This document shows, piece by piece, positions 29,661-40,064 of a stretch of DNA of 64,000 bases; within the stretch, counting starts at the first letter, position 1; every line of letters starts with the position of its first letter. The DNA is from Ignavibacteriota bacterium (GTDB lineage Bacteria > Bacteroidota > Ignavibacteria > UBA10030 > UBA6906), in NCBI GenBank assembly GCA_963837815.1, contig CAWIOS010000014.1:19426-83425 (forward strand), read 5' to 3'. The notes under the pieces were generated by a model. The model was not told the DNA's origin. It ran no database searches and saw only the letters and a program-made list of their open reading frames with translations. The position numbers and the translations under genes are program-made.

Positions 29661-30665
29661 ATGGACATTCTCTCAGATATGTTCGGACGGGTGGCGAACA
29701 ACCTGCGGATCTCCGTGACCGACAGGTGCAATTTTCGCTGCCGCTACTGCATGCCCGAGGAGGGGATGGAGTGGCTGAAGAAAAATATGCTTCTCTCGTT
29801 CGAAGAGATCGGCCGCCTTGTCGGAATATTCGCCTCTCTTGGCGTCTCGAAGATCCGCCTGACCGGCGGCGAACCCCTCATGCGGAAAGAGCTATGGAAA
29901 CTCGTTGCCCTTGTCAGGGGCGTCCGCGGCATACGGGACATTGCGCTCACGACGAACGGCTACTTCCTCGCGGAGCAGGCCCGGCTCCTCCGCGACGCCG
30001 GGCTTGACAGGATCAACGTCAGTCTTGATTCGCTCGATCCAGCGACGTTCACAGTCATGGCGCGGCGAGCGTATTTCGAGAGGACGTGGGAGGGGATTGA
30101 AGAAGCCCTCCGGTGCGGCCTCTCGCCGGTCAAGGTCAACGTCGTGCTCATCAGGGGGGTAAACGACGGGGAAATCGAAGCGTTCGCCAATCTCGCACGC
30201 ACCCGGCCGATCGTCGTCAGGTTCATCGAGTTCATGCCGATAGGCATGGAGGACGGGTGGTCGATCGGGAGCGTCGTCCCCACCCGCGAGGTCGTCGAGC
30301 GGATAAACGCAGTGGCGCCTCTTGTCCCGGTGGGAGGGGAATCTGCGGCCCCTGGCGGCATGAAGGCCCCTGCCGAACGGTACAGGTTCGCCGACGGTGC
30401 GGGGGAGATCGGCGTCATAAGTTCCGTCACCCAGCCGTTCTGCGGCGACTGCAACAGGGTGCGGATCACCTCGGACGGTAAATTCAGGACGTGCCTCTTC
30501 TCGCTGAAGGAGACCGACCTCCGCGCCCTTGTGCGCGGGGGCGCTCCGGATGAGGAGATCGCCGCGACGATCGTCGCCGCGGTAAGGGGGAAAGAGGAAG
30601 GCCACCTCATCAACAGGCCCGGGTTCGTACGGCCGGAACGGACAATGAGCAGCATCGGCGGATAA
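29661..30665 (+). CDS. moaA: GTP 3',8-cyclase (radical SAM)
   Basis: LRISVTDRCNFRCRYCMP, FCGDCNR...TCLF, terminal GG. Confidence 0.96.
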   Translation: MDILSDMFGRVANNLRISVTDRCNFRCRYCMPEEGMEWLKKNMLLSFEEIGRLVGIFASLGVSKIRLTGGEPLMRKELWKLVALVRGVRGIRDIALTTNGYFLAEQARLLRDAGLDRINVSLDSLDPATFTVMARRAYFERTWEGIEEALRCGLSPVKVNVVLIRGVNDGEIEAFANLARTRPIVVRFIEFMPIGMEDGWSIGSVVPTREVVERINAVAPLVPVGGESAAPGGMKAPAERYRFADGAGEIGVISSVTQPFCGDCNRVRITSDGKFRTCLFSLKETDLRALVRGGAPDEEIAATIVAAVRGKEEGHLINRPGFVRPERTMSSIGG

Positions 30666-30676
30666 CGGGATTCTGA

Positions 30677-32188
30677 ATGCCAACATTTGCAGCGATCGAC
30701 GTAGGTTCAAACGCAATGCGGCTCGCGATAGGGACCGTCGACGGGGACAGGAAACTCTCCGTCGTCGATAACCTGCGGGAACCGGTGCGTCTGGGGCAGG
30801 ACGTCTTTACGACGGGCGCCATCGCCGAGCAGACGATAGAAAGCGCCGTCGAGGCGTTCATGAAATTCCGGAACGCGGTCGACGCGCGTGCTGCAAAATG
30901 GACGAAGGCCGTGGCGACAAGCGCCACGCGCGAGGCGACGAACAGGGACATGTTCATCGACCGCATCGCGCAGGCGAGCGGCATCGAGGTTGCTGTCATC
31001 GGCGCGGAAGAAGAGGCCCGGCTCATCCACCTCGCGGTGGAGGAACGGGTGAATCTCCGGAACAAGCTCGCCATGCTTATCGACATCGGGGGCGGCAGCA
31101 CGGAGATCACGCTTGTGGCTGACGGGAACATCCTCTCCACGGAGAGCTTCCGGATGGGCGCGGTGCGTCTCCTCCAGGTCCTCGAGGAGAAGAAGCACGG
31201 CGAAAAGCACTTCAACCAGCTCGTCCGCGAATACGTGGACGCCACGCAGCGGCGCCTGAAGAAGGAGATCGGGAGCCAGAAGATCGAGCTGTGTGTCGGG
31301 ACGGGGGGGAACATCGAGACGCTCGGGGACCTGCGTCGCGAAGTGCTCGGGAAGGAGAAGGACACCGTCCTGGAAGAAGGGGAGCTCGACCAGCTCGTGC
31401 GCAAGCTCCTCGGCATGTCGTTCGAGGAACGTGTCTCGCAGCTCCGCCTCCGGCCCGACCGCGCGGACGTCATTGTCCCCGCGTCGATCGTTCTCCACAA
31501 GATCCTCAAGCTCGCGGGAGTCGAGGAGATCATCATCCCGAAGATCGGGCTGAAGGACGGGCTTCTCATCGACATGGCACAGGAGCTCTACGGCGAGAAG
31601 CGCCACCCGCTCCGCGAGCAGGTCATGGCGTCCGCGCTCCAGCTCGGGAAGAAGTACCTTTTCGACGAACAGCACGGGACGACCGTGGCCCGGTTCGCCG
31701 TCCAGCTCTTCGATGAGACGCGCACGCTCCACAACCTGACGCTCGAATACCGTCTTCTCCTCGAGGTCGCGGCGCTCCTTCACGATATCGGGGGGTTCAT
31801 CAACATGGCGGAGCACCACAAGCACACGCTCTACCTGTTGACGGCAACGCCGGTGATCGGGCTGTCGAAGGAGCAGATGGCGATCGTGGCCAATACCGCC
31901 CGGTATCACAGGAAATCGCAGCCCAAGATACAGCACGACGGCTTCCGCGTCCTCCCGTCAAAAGACCGCGTCATCGTCTCGAAGCTGGCCGCACTCCTGC
32001 GCGTGGCGGATGCGATGGACAACGAACACGCGGCGAAGGTGAGCGAGTTCAGCGTGGAGTACCGCAAGCCGAAATTCTTTATCCGGCTCAAAGGGGAGGG
32101 AGACCTCCTTCTTGAAAAATGGGCCCTGCTGAAGAAGGCGCAGATGTTCGAGGAGACGTTCAGCGTGAAAGTGGCGGTTGAAGACTAG
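30677..32188 (+). CDS. ppx: Ppx/GppA exopolyphosphatase with HD domain
   Basis: AAIDVGSN, ATSATREA, EEEARL, DIGGGSTE, LLHDIG. Confidence 0.93.
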   Translation: MPTFAAIDVGSNAMRLAIGTVDGDRKLSVVDNLREPVRLGQDVFTTGAIAEQTIESAVEAFMKFRNAVDARAAKWTKAVATSATREATNRDMFIDRIAQASGIEVAVIGAEEEARLIHLAVEERVNLRNKLAMLIDIGGGSTEITLVADGNILSTESFRMGAVRLLQVLEEKKHGEKHFNQLVREYVDATQRRLKKEIGSQKIELCVGTGGNIETLGDLRREVLGKEKDTVLEEGELDQLVRKLLGMSFEERVSQLRLRPDRADVIVPASIVLHKILKLAGVEEIIIPKIGLKDGLLIDMAQELYGEKRHPLREQVMASALQLGKKYLFDEQHGTTVARFAVQLFDETRTLHNLTLEYRLLLEVAALLHDIGGFINMAEHHKHTLYLLTATPVIGLSKEQMAIVANTARYHRKSQPKIQHDGFRVLPSKDRVIVSKLAALLRVADAMDNEHAAKVSEFSVEYRKPKFFIRLKGEGDLLLEKWALLKKAQMFEETFSVKVAVED

Positions 32189-33107
32189 GCTGAAAACCAG
32201 ATCCGCCTTTCCCTCCCCCGGCGTCGCGGGATCCCTCATGCGCGCGGTGGAGGAACGCTGGCAGCGCCTTGCCGCGGAGCTCGCGCGGAACAGGCGCCGC
32301 TGCTCGGAAGGGGGGATCCATGATCTCCGCGTGGCGACCCGCCGGCTCCTTGCGGTGCTCGAGCTTGCCGGCGCGGTCCTCCCGGGCGAGGTCAGCCCCC
32401 GCACCCGCCGTGCCCTCCGCAGGAGCCTCAGGTCCTTTTCCCCTCTCCGTGATTGCCACGTCCGGATACTTGCTCTGCGCGCGCTCACCCGCCGGTTCAC
32501 GGTTTCGCGTCCGCTTCTACGCGAAGCTCAGGCGCTCGAGAAGGAGCTCGTCCGGGGGGCGGCGCGGACGATCGCCCGGTTGGACGCCGCGGCGCTCGAA
32601 CGCGAGGTCTCCGCAATCGCTGTCTCCCTGGCGTCGCTCGACGGCACGCCGGACCGGTCGTCGGCCGCCGCCACTGTCCTTGCGGGAGTGGCCGCGAAGA
32701 AATACCTCCGCATCGCCTCGCGAGGGATGCATCTCAGCGCCGGGGACACGAAGACGATACACCGGCTGCGGGTCGCGTTCAAGGAGTTCCGCTACGCCAT
32801 GGAGGCGCTCCTCCCGGTGTTTCACGACGCGGGGAAGTCGCGGCTGAGGGCGATGAACGCATTTCAGGACAGGATGGGAGAGATACAGGATGTCGAAGTG
32901 CTTATCGCATCGGTCGGCAGGTTTGCGGTTCGGCGGGGCACCGCGTTTCCGGTTTCCGTGCAGAATCTGCAGCGCCACCTGGCGCAGCGCAGGACCGCGC
33001 TCGTGAGTGCCTTTATGAATAATGCCGCCGTGCTCCCTCATTTCTGGCCGTACGGGTCGTTCCCCGCCGCGGCCGTTCATCTTCCTCGGGGGGTGCAAAG
33101 ACCATGA
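32178..33107 (+). CDS. CHAD-domain (polyphosphate-binding) protein
   Basis: IHDLRVATRRL, IHRLRVAFKEFRYAME, QDRMGEIQD; start may be ATG 32238. Confidence 0.88.
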   Translation: MKTRLKTRSAFPSPGVAGSLMRAVEERWQRLAAELARNRRRCSEGGIHDLRVATRRLLAVLELAGAVLPGEVSPRTRRALRRSLRSFSPLRDCHVRILALRALTRRFTVSRPLLREAQALEKELVRGAARTIARLDAAALEREVSAIAVSLASLDGTPDRSSAAATVLAGVAAKKYLRIASRGMHLSAGDTKTIHRLRVAFKEFRYAMEALLPVFHDAGKSRLRAMNAFQDRMGEIQDVEVLIASVGRFAVRRGTAFPVSVQNLQRHLAQRRTALVSAFMNNAAVLPHFWPYGSFPAAAVHLPRGVQRP

Positions 33108-33607
33108 ATCTCTTCCTCCTCAGGCACGCGATTGCGGTCGAGCCCGGGTCCCCCGGCGTGGGTTCGGACGCTGAACGCCCGCTCTCCCCGGAGGGGAAAA
33201 AGAAAATGAAGAGCATCGCGCGCGGGATGAAAGCGCTCGAACTCTCGTTCGATCTCGTCCTGTCGAGCCCGTATACGCGGGCGCGCGAGACGGCGGAGAT
33301 TGTCGTGCGCGAATTCGGCATCGAACGCCTTCTCGAATTCACGCCGCACCTGGCCGTGGGGGGAGATCCCGTCGAGCTCCTTGCCGGGATCGCCGCCCGG
33401 GGCGGAGATCTGAACGACGTCCTCCTTGTGGGACACGAGCCCCAGTTGAGCAAGCTGATCTCGCAGCTTCTCTCGGGGAATTCCGGGCTCTCCGTGACGA
33501 TGAAAAAGGCGGGGCTCTGCAAGCTCGACGTGGCGCGCCTTCGCCACTCGCGCTCCGCATCCCTCGAGTGGCTCCTCACGCCGTCACAGCTCGCACGACT
33601 CTCGTGA
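33104..33607 (+). CDS. sixA: Phosphohistidine phosphatase SixA
   Basis: LLRHAIA, DAERPLS, SSPYTRARETA, LVGHEP. Confidence 0.92.
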   Translation: MNLFLLRHAIAVEPGSPGVGSDAERPLSPEGKKKMKSIARGMKALELSFDLVLSSPYTRARETAEIVVREFGIERLLEFTPHLAVGGDPVELLAGIAARGGDLNDVLLVGHEPQLSKLISQLLSGNSGLSVTMKKAGLCKLDVARLRHSRSASLEWLLTPSQLARLS

Positions 33608-33942
33608 GCGAGGATGCCTCTCTCCGCCCGCCTGTCGTGCGTGCGTTGCGCATTCCCCGTCTCTGGCTGATAGTTCTCCTTGCCGCACTTCACTTCGGCC
33701 TTCTTGCGGTTGCGCTCTATAACGGGCTCGTCATCTGGACCGGACCGACGACGGCGTGGGAAATATTCTGGTCGCACGCGCTCGAGGTGTTGCTTTGCCC
33801 TCTGGATCTCTTCCCGTGGCCTCCCGTGAGCACGTGGGTCCAGACGGTCTTCTTCATCCTTAACAGTCTCGTCTGGGGGACAGCCCTCGCTTTTCTCTTC
33901 GTCTGGTTGCGGAATTTCAGCCGCGGGAGCCGCAAGAAATGA
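33604..33942 (+). CDS. Hypothetical membrane protein
   Basis: GTGA overlap with sixA and ATGA overlap with the next gene; two or more hydrophobic helices. Confidence 0.6.
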   Translation: MSEDASLRPPVVRALRIPRLWLIVLLAALHFGLLAVALYNGLVIWTGPTTAWEIFWSHALEVLLCPLDLFPWPPVSTWVQTVFFILNSLVWGTALAFLFVWLRNFSRGSRKK

Positions 33943-34340
33943 GCACGCTCAGCGTCAAATATGAAGAGCCCACGATCCGGGCCTTCTTTCCGCCGGACAA
34001 AAGGGAAAAATACGTCCAGCTCCTCGGTAAATCGAACCGGAGACCCGACGGCCTGAAGAAACTCCATCATGAGATCGTATTCGACCCGAAATGGTCTGCA
34101 CGTATTGAACCGGGAGCCGACATTGTGGCGCTCCTGAACGCCCGGGGCGCTCCGCCCGGGGCATATCTCATCGGAACCTCAAAGGACCGGTCAATCGTTC
34201 CGCTCGAAGAAGCAGTCGCGCGCGTGGAAAAAGAATCGGGCATTCTCGTGTGCATCCCCGGCCGGCTTGCCTGCTGCTGCGGCCCGGGGAGAGGCCGCCG
34301 CTTCATTCTCGAGAGAGGAACCTCGCACACTCCTCTGTAA
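33939..34340 (+). CDS. Hypothetical protein
   Basis: Coupled ORF with plausible codon use; no recognised motif. Confidence 0.6.
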   Translation: MSTLSVKYEEPTIRAFFPPDKREKYVQLLGKSNRRPDGLKKLHHEIVFDPKWSARIEPGADIVALLNARGAPPGAYLIGTSKDRSIVPLEEAVARVEKESGILVCIPGRLACCCGPGRGRRFILERGTSHTPL

Positions 34341-34365
34341 TGAGGGCAATTCCCGCCGCGCTTCG

Positions 34366-34394
34366 TTGATTTTCCTTTTAAACTTTCATAGATT
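34366..34394 (+). promoter_or_regulatory. Sigma70-type promoter of the moxR-bat operon
   Basis: TTGATT-17 bp-TAGATT in an AT-rich gap. Confidence 0.55.
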
Positions 34395-34450
34395 ACAGAC
34401 CGTCCAATTTTGTATACCCCGAGATCATTTCTGCAACCGGAGGAAGTCCA

Positions 34451-35440
34451 ATGGCGTATGACATAAAGGCGATTAACGAAAAAATCCACCGCGAAAGTGC
34501 GTTCATCGACATCCTGCAGATGGAAATCGGGAAGGTGATCGTCGGGCAGAAGAACATGGTGGAACGCCTTATGATAGGGCTTCTGGCGAACGGTCACATC
34601 CTTCTCGAAGGGGTCCCGGGCCTGGCAAAGACGCTCGCCGTCAAGACGCTCGCCGCCGCCATCAAGGCGAAATTCCAGCGGATTCAGTTCACGCCCGATC
34701 TTCTTCCCGCGGACCTCGTCGGGACGATGATCTACAACCAGAAGGAAGGTTCGTTTCAGACGAAGAAGGGCCCGGTCTTCGCAAACTTCATACTCGCCGA
34801 TGAAATCAACCGTTCCCCCGCCAAGGTGCAGAGCGCGCTCCTCGAGGCGATGCAGGAACGCCAGGTGACGATCGGCGAGCAGACGTTCAAGCTCCCGGAG
34901 CCCTTCCTGGTGCTGGCGACGCAGAACCCGATCGAGCAGGAGGGGACGTACCCGCTTCCCGAAGCTCAGGTTGACCGGTTCATGCTGAAGGTGAAGATCG
35001 GCTACCCGACGAAGGAAGAGGAGCTCCTGATCATGCGTGCCAACGTGAGCGGCGCGTCCGTTGAGCTGAACAACGTGATCACGCCGGACGATATCATCAA
35101 GGCCCGCGGCGTGATCGGCGAAATTTACATGGACGAGAAGATCGAGAAGTACATTCTCGACATCGTGTTTGCGACGCGCAACCCGAAGCAGTACAACATG
35201 GCGAACCTCGCGCAACTCATCTCGTACGGCGCCTCACCCCGCGCCTCGATCAACCTCGCGCTGGGCGCCAAGGCGTACGCCTTCATCAAGCGGAGAGGGT
35301 ACGTGATCCCCGAGGACGTGCGCGCCGTCAGCCTCGACGTTCTGCGGCACCGTGTGGCGGTGACGTACGAAGCGGAGGCGGAGGAAGTCACGCCGGAACA
35401 GGTCGTCCAGGAAGTCCTGAATAAGATCGAGGTTCCCTGA
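34451..35440 (+). CDS. moxR: MoxR-family AAA+ ATPase
   Basis: EGVPGLAKT, RIQFTPDLLP, LADEINR, ATQNPIEQEGTYPLPEAQVDRF. Confidence 0.96.
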   Translation: MAYDIKAINEKIHRESAFIDILQMEIGKVIVGQKNMVERLMIGLLANGHILLEGVPGLAKTLAVKTLAAAIKAKFQRIQFTPDLLPADLVGTMIYNQKEGSFQTKKGPVFANFILADEINRSPAKVQSALLEAMQERQVTIGEQTFKLPEPFLVLATQNPIEQEGTYPLPEAQVDRFMLKVKIGYPTKEEELLIMRANVSGASVELNNVITPDDIIKARGVIGEIYMDEKIEKYILDIVFATRNPKQYNMANLAQLISYGASPRASINLALGAKAYAFIKRRGYVIPEDVRAVSLDVLRHRVAVTYEAEAEEVTPEQVVQEVLNKIEVP

Positions 35441-35465
35441 CACTTGGCCGGAAACTGAGGTCGCC

Positions 35466-36341
35466 ATGGACACCCGAGAGCTTCTGAAGAAAGTCCGCCG
35501 GATCGAGATCAAGACCCGCGGCGTCGTCAACCAGGTCTTTTCCGGGGAGTACCACAGCGTCTTCAAGGGACGCGGGATGGAATTCTCCGAGGTGCGCGAA
35601 TATCAGTTCGGCGACGACATCAGGACGATCGACTGGAACGTTTCGGCGCGGTTCAACCGGCCGTTTGTGAAGGTGTTCGAGGAGGAGCGCGAGCTGACGG
35701 TGATGCTTGTCGTCGACTTCAGCCGCTCGGGGAATTTCGGCTCGGCCCTCCAGACGAAGAACGAGATCGCCGCCGAGATCTGCGCGGTCCTCGCCTTTTC
35801 CGCGATAAAGAACAATGACAAGGTCGGGCTGATCCTGTTCACAGACAGGATCGAGAAGTTCCTTCCCCCGAAGAAGGGGCGTGCGCATATACTCCGGATC
35901 GTCCGCGAGCTCGTTTCATTCGAGCCCGAGGGGACGGGGACGAACATCCGCCAGGCGCTCGAGTATTTCAACCACGTGACGAAGAAGCGGTCGATCGCCT
36001 TCCTGATCTCCGATTTCATCGACGAGGGGTACGACAGCATTCTCCGCATCATCAGCCGCCGTCACGACGTCATCGCCGTGGAGCTCTCCGACCCCCGCGA
36101 AGAGCGGCTGCCGGACGCAGGCCTCATCAAGCTGCGCGACGCGGAAACGGGTGCGGAGCGCTGGATCGACACGGGCGTCCCCCGCGTCCGCAGGGAGTTC
36201 GAGAAATACTGGCAGGCCCGCCGCGCGGCCCGTCGGACGCTGTTTGTCCGCAGCAAGGTGGACGCGATCCCGATACGCATCGACAGACCGTACGTCGCCC
36301 CGATCGTTGATTTCTTCCAGTTGAGGGCGCGAAGGTGGTGA
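35466..36341 (+). CDS. DUF58 protein
   Basis: GRGMEFSEVREYQFGDDIRTIDWNVSAR, ISDF. Confidence 0.94.
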   Translation: MDTRELLKKVRRIEIKTRGVVNQVFSGEYHSVFKGRGMEFSEVREYQFGDDIRTIDWNVSARFNRPFVKVFEEERELTVMLVVDFSRSGNFGSALQTKNEIAAEICAVLAFSAIKNNDKVGLILFTDRIEKFLPPKKGRAHILRIVRELVSFEPEGTGTNIRQALEYFNHVTKKRSIAFLISDFIDEGYDSILRIISRRHDVIAVELSDPREERLPDAGLIKLRDAETGAERWIDTGVPRVRREFEKYWQARRAARRTLFVRSKVDAIPIRIDRPYVAPIVDFFQLRARRW

Positions 36342-37315
36342 ACATGATCCGGACGGCCTTCTTCGCGGTCCTCGCCGCGCTCTTCATCTCCGCCGGCGCG
36401 CAGGCTCAGGTGCCGCATCTCTCCGCCCACGCGCGCGCTGATTCGTCGTCGTACCTTGTCGGCGACTGGATCACGATGCACGTCGATCTTGTGCATCCGA
36501 AAGGGGCGGTCATTCACCCCGTCCTCGGGGATTCGGCCGGGGGATTCATCGTCCTTGACCGGCGACCCGTCGTCCCGACGTCGGACACGACCAGCTCCAC
36601 GGCCTTTATCGTGTCGAAGTACGACTCCGGTTCCGCGACGTTTCCCTCCGTTCCCTTTTCCGTCATCGTCCCGGGCGACTCGGTGCCCCGCACTGTCAGC
36701 ACGAACCCGGTCGTTCTCACGGTTGTCACGGTGCCGGTCGACACGAGCAAGGACATCCGCGACCTGAAGCCCCCGATGGCGATCCCGCTTTCCCTTGCGG
36801 AGATACTCGAGTTCGGTGGGGGGGGACTGCTGGGGCTGGTCCTCCTCATCTTCGGTTGGCGGTACTGGAAGCGGTGGAAGGCGCGCAGGGGAGGGAAAGA
36901 CGGCGCATACGTTCCCCCTTCGCGACCGGCACACGAAGTGGCGTTTGAGCAGCTCGCGCTCCTGAAGGAAAAGAAGCTCTGGCAGCAGGGGCTCATCAAG
37001 CAGTATTATTCCGAAGCGACGGAGATATTCCGCCGGTACCTGGAGAACCGCTACACGCTCCAGGCGATGGAGGAAACGACCGACGAGATTCTCGCGGGAC
37101 TGAAAAAGCTCCGGTTCCCCGATCCGATGCTGGGCACTGCGGAGCGGATACTCCGGCGCGCCGACCTCGTGAAGTTTGCCAAGTTCGAGCCCGGACCAGC
37201 GGACCACGAAGAGATGATCACGGTGATACACGATTTTGTTGACAGGACGAAGATCGTCCAGATGGCTCCCGTCGCACCGGTGGAAGAAAAGGCGGCCGCG
37301 CATGCCGTGGACTAA
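36338..37315 (+). CDS. Bat-operon membrane-anchored protein
   Basis: Signal peptide, DIRDLK followed by a TM helix, RRYLE...TTDE, ADLVKFAK; position between DUF58 and batA. Confidence 0.8.
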   Translation: MNMIRTAFFAVLAALFISAGAQAQVPHLSAHARADSSSYLVGDWITMHVDLVHPKGAVIHPVLGDSAGGFIVLDRRPVVPTSDTTSSTAFIVSKYDSGSATFPSVPFSVIVPGDSVPRTVSTNPVVLTVVTVPVDTSKDIRDLKPPMAIPLSLAEILEFGGGGLLGLVLLIFGWRYWKRWKARRGGKDGAYVPPSRPAHEVAFEQLALLKEKKLWQQGLIKQYYSEATEIFRRYLENRYTLQAMEETTDEILAGLKKLRFPDPMLGTAERILRRADLVKFAKFEPGPADHEEMITVIHDFVDRTKIVQMAPVAPVEEKAAAHAVD

Positions 37316-38300
37316 TGTGACATTCGCCGACCCCGGGTACCTCGCGGCGCTCGCGCTGGTGCCGGTCCTTGTCGTATGGTATCTGCGCAGGGGGCGTGAG
37401 GCGGCCAGCCATTACCGGTTCTCGACGCTCCTCCCCTTCGCGAAGCTTAAACCGACGCTGCGTGAGCGCCTCCGGCATCTTCCGTTCGTATTCCGGATGG
37501 TCGTTCTCACCGTCCTCATCGTCGCCCTGGCGCGCCCGCAGACGTCGGCGAGCGGTGAAAACGTGTACTCCGAGGGGATCGACATCGTCCTCCTCCTCGA
37601 CATCTCCGGGAGCATGCTTGCGGAAGACCTGCAGCCCAACCGGGTCGAGGCGGCAAAAGAAGTTGCGCAGAATTTCATCGACGGGCGGAAGAACGACAGG
37701 ATCGGACTGGTGATTTTCTCCGGCCAGAGCTTCACGCAGTGCCCCATGACGCTCGACTACAGGGTCCTGAAGAATCTCCTCCGCCAGGTGAAGCCCGGGA
37801 TGGTCGAGGACGGGACCGCGATCGGCATGGCGATCGCGCAGGGGGTCAACCGCCTCAAGGACAGCAAGACGAAGTCCAAGGTGATGATCCTCCTGACAGA
37901 CGGCGTCAACAACAGGGGGGAGATCGATCCCATCACCGCTGCGCAGATCGCGCAGACGTTCGGCATCCGGATTTACACGATCGGTGTCGGCACCCAGGGA
38001 GAGGCTCCGTACCCGATCATGACCCCCTTCGGGAAGCGGTACCAGAACATTCCGGCCGACGTGGACGAAAAGGCCCTTCAGCAGATTGCGGACATCTCAA
38101 ACGGCCAGTATTTCCGGGCGACGAACAACAGGACGCTCAAGCAGGTGTACGTCGAAATCGACAGGCTGGAGAAGTCGCGCATCGAGGTCAAGGCATACCG
38201 GTCGTACACGGAGCTCTTCTACGGCTGGGCCCTTGCCGGCGCCATCGCGCTCCTGCTCGAATTCGCGCTGAGCGGTTCACTTCTCCGGAAGCTCCCGTGA
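37302..38300 (+). CDS. batA: BatA VWA-domain protein
   Basis: ALARPQ, MIDAS DISGSM, GTAIG, LLTDG. Confidence 0.9.
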   Translation: MPWTNVTFADPGYLAALALVPVLVVWYLRRGREAASHYRFSTLLPFAKLKPTLRERLRHLPFVFRMVVLTVLIVALARPQTSASGENVYSEGIDIVLLLDISGSMLAEDLQPNRVEAAKEVAQNFIDGRKNDRIGLVIFSGQSFTQCPMTLDYRVLKNLLRQVKPGMVEDGTAIGMAIAQGVNRLKDSKTKSKVMILLTDGVNNRGEIDPITAAQIAQTFGIRIYTIGVGTQGEAPYPIMTPFGKRYQNIPADVDEKALQQIADISNGQYFRATNNRTLKQVYVEIDRLEKSRIEVKAYRSYTELFYGWALAGAIALLLEFALSGSLLRKLP

Positions 38301-38301
38301 T

Positions 38302-39354
38302 ATGATACGGTTTGCCCATATCGAGTACCTGTATGCGATGGCGGTCATCCCCGTGATGATCGTCGCGTACATCCTGTTCGCGCGCCTGCGGTCGAAGGCC
38401 GCCGCGCGGTTCGGCAACCCGCAGATCCTTGAGCGGCTTGCCGCGGAGGCAAGCAGGAGCAAGCGGGTCGCGAAGCTCGTCGTTCTCCTGGGGGCCGTGG
38501 CGTGTCTCTGCGTTGCGCTCTCGGGTCCCCGTATCGGGACGCGCCTCGAGGAGGTGAAGCAGGAGGGGGTCGACATATTCATCGCGCTTGACGTCTCCCT
38601 GAGCATGAAATCGGAGGACATCAAGCCCAACCGGCTTGAGAAAGCGAAATTCGAGATCCGCAATCTCATCGAGAGGCTCGCCGGCGACAGGATCGGTCTC
38701 ATCCTGTTCGCGGGGGAGGCGTTCACGCAGTTTCCGCTCACAACGGACTACAGCGCTGCCTCGATGTTCCTCGATATCGTTGACGTGGACGCCGTCCCGG
38801 TCCCGGGGACCGACATCGGGTCCGCAATCGAGCGCGCGTCGGAGTCGTTCGATTTCGAGGAATCGACGACGAAGGTCCTGATCATCATTACGGACGGGGA
38901 GAGCACCGAGGGGGACGCATTTGACGCCGCGGAGGAAGCTGCGAAAAAGGGTGTGCTGATCTACACGATCGGGCTTGGATCGCCTACGGGGGCCCCCATT
39001 CCGGTGTACAATGCCGGCGGACAGCAGGTGGATTTCAAGCGGGACAAGGCCGGTGCGGTCGTCATAAGCAAGCTCGATGAACCGTCCCTGGAGAAGATCG
39101 CCTCCATCGGGAGCGGGAAGTACTTCCGCGGGACCAACGCCCAGGACGAGCTCGACGAGATCTACAAGAACATCAATGGGCTCCAGAAGAGGGAATTCGG
39201 CGTTAAGCAGTTCACGGACTTCGAGGACCGGTTCCAGTTCTTCCTCGTCCCGGCCCTTCTTCTCCTTCTGGTGGAAGTCCTGATGACGGAAAACAGGCTC
39301 CGGTGGCTCGCGAAATGGAATCCGCTCAGGAAGCCCGGAGAGGTGGAATCATGA
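38302..39354 (+). CDS. batB: BatB VWA-domain protein
   Basis: DVSLSM, PNRLEKAK, PLTTD, IITDGE. Confidence 0.88.
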   Translation: MIRFAHIEYLYAMAVIPVMIVAYILFARLRSKAAARFGNPQILERLAAEASRSKRVAKLVVLLGAVACLCVALSGPRIGTRLEEVKQEGVDIFIALDVSLSMKSEDIKPNRLEKAKFEIRNLIERLAGDRIGLILFAGEAFTQFPLTTDYSAASMFLDIVDVDAVPVPGTDIGSAIERASESFDFEESTTKVLIIITDGESTEGDAFDAAEEAAKKGVLIYTIGLGSPTGAPIPVYNAGGQQVDFKRDKAGAVVISKLDEPSLEKIASIGSGKYFRGTNAQDELDEIYKNINGLQKREFGVKQFTDFEDRFQFFLVPALLLLLVEVLMTENRLRWLAKWNPLRKPGEVES

Positions 39355-40064
39355 CCGAGGGACGAATAGTTACCTGTCCGTCCGTGAGGCGGGTGTGCGC
39401 CGCCGGACTCTTTCTCCTTCTGCCGCTTGCGGCTGCGACGGGCCAGTCCACCCGCTCTCTCGTCAACGGGGGGAATGACCTCTATAAGGACAGGAAATAC
39501 AGCGACGCGGAAGTCAACTACCGGAAGGCGCTCGAAAAGGAAAAGGGGCTCGTGCAGGGGCACTTCAACCTGGGAGACGCCCTGACACAGCAGGGGAAAT
39601 ACGACGAAGCGGTGAAGGAATACCAGGACGCGCTCGCGAAGGCGGAAGGGAAAGAGACGAAGGCCTACGCGAACTACAACATCGGCAACTCGATGATGAA
39701 GCAGCAGAAGTACAAAGACGCGGTGGGCTCTTACGTCGACGCGCTCAAGCTCGACCCGAAGGATGACGATGCCCGGTACAACCTCTCCTATGCGCTGGAG
39801 AAGCTGAAGGTGCCGCCGCCCAAGCCCCAGAAGAACCAGGACAAGAAGGACCAGCAGAAGAAGGACCAGGACAAGAAGAACCAGGACCAGAAAAACAAGC
39901 AGGACAATCAGAAACAGCAGCAATCCCCTCAACAGCAGCAGAAACAGATGTCACGGGCCGACGCGCAGAGGATACTCGATGTTCTGAAGAACAGCGAGAA
40001 GGATGTGCAGAAGAAGCTGCATACGCGGCAGGCGGTGCGGCCGAAAACGGACAAAGACTGGTGA
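39351..40064 (+). CDS. batC: BatC TPR protein
   Basis: TPRs (AEVNYRKALE, YNIGN, ARYNL), Q/K/D-rich linker, terminal KDW. Confidence 0.88.
   Translation: MTEGRIVTCPSVRRVCAAGLFLLLPLAAATGQSTRSLVNGGNDLYKDRKYSDAEVNYRKALEKEKGLVQGHFNLGDALTQQGKYDEAVKEYQDALAKAEGKETKAYANYNIGNSMMKQQKYKDAVGSYVDALKLDPKDDDARYNLSYALEKLKVPPPKPQKNQDKKDQQKKDQDKKNQDQKNKQDNQKQQQSPQQQQKQMSRADAQRILDVLKNSEKDVQKKLHTRQAVRPKTDKDW
39831..39920 (+). repeat. Degenerate 15-nt coding tandem repeat (KNQDK/KDQQK) in batC
   Basis: aagaaccaggacaag / aaggaccagcagaag / aaggaccaggacaag / aagaaccaggaccag. Confidence 0.75.

Noticed and set aside
39831-39920. Short repeats as a CRISPR array or VNTR system
   Set aside because: In-frame low-complexity linker typical of BatC; no spacers or cas genes.
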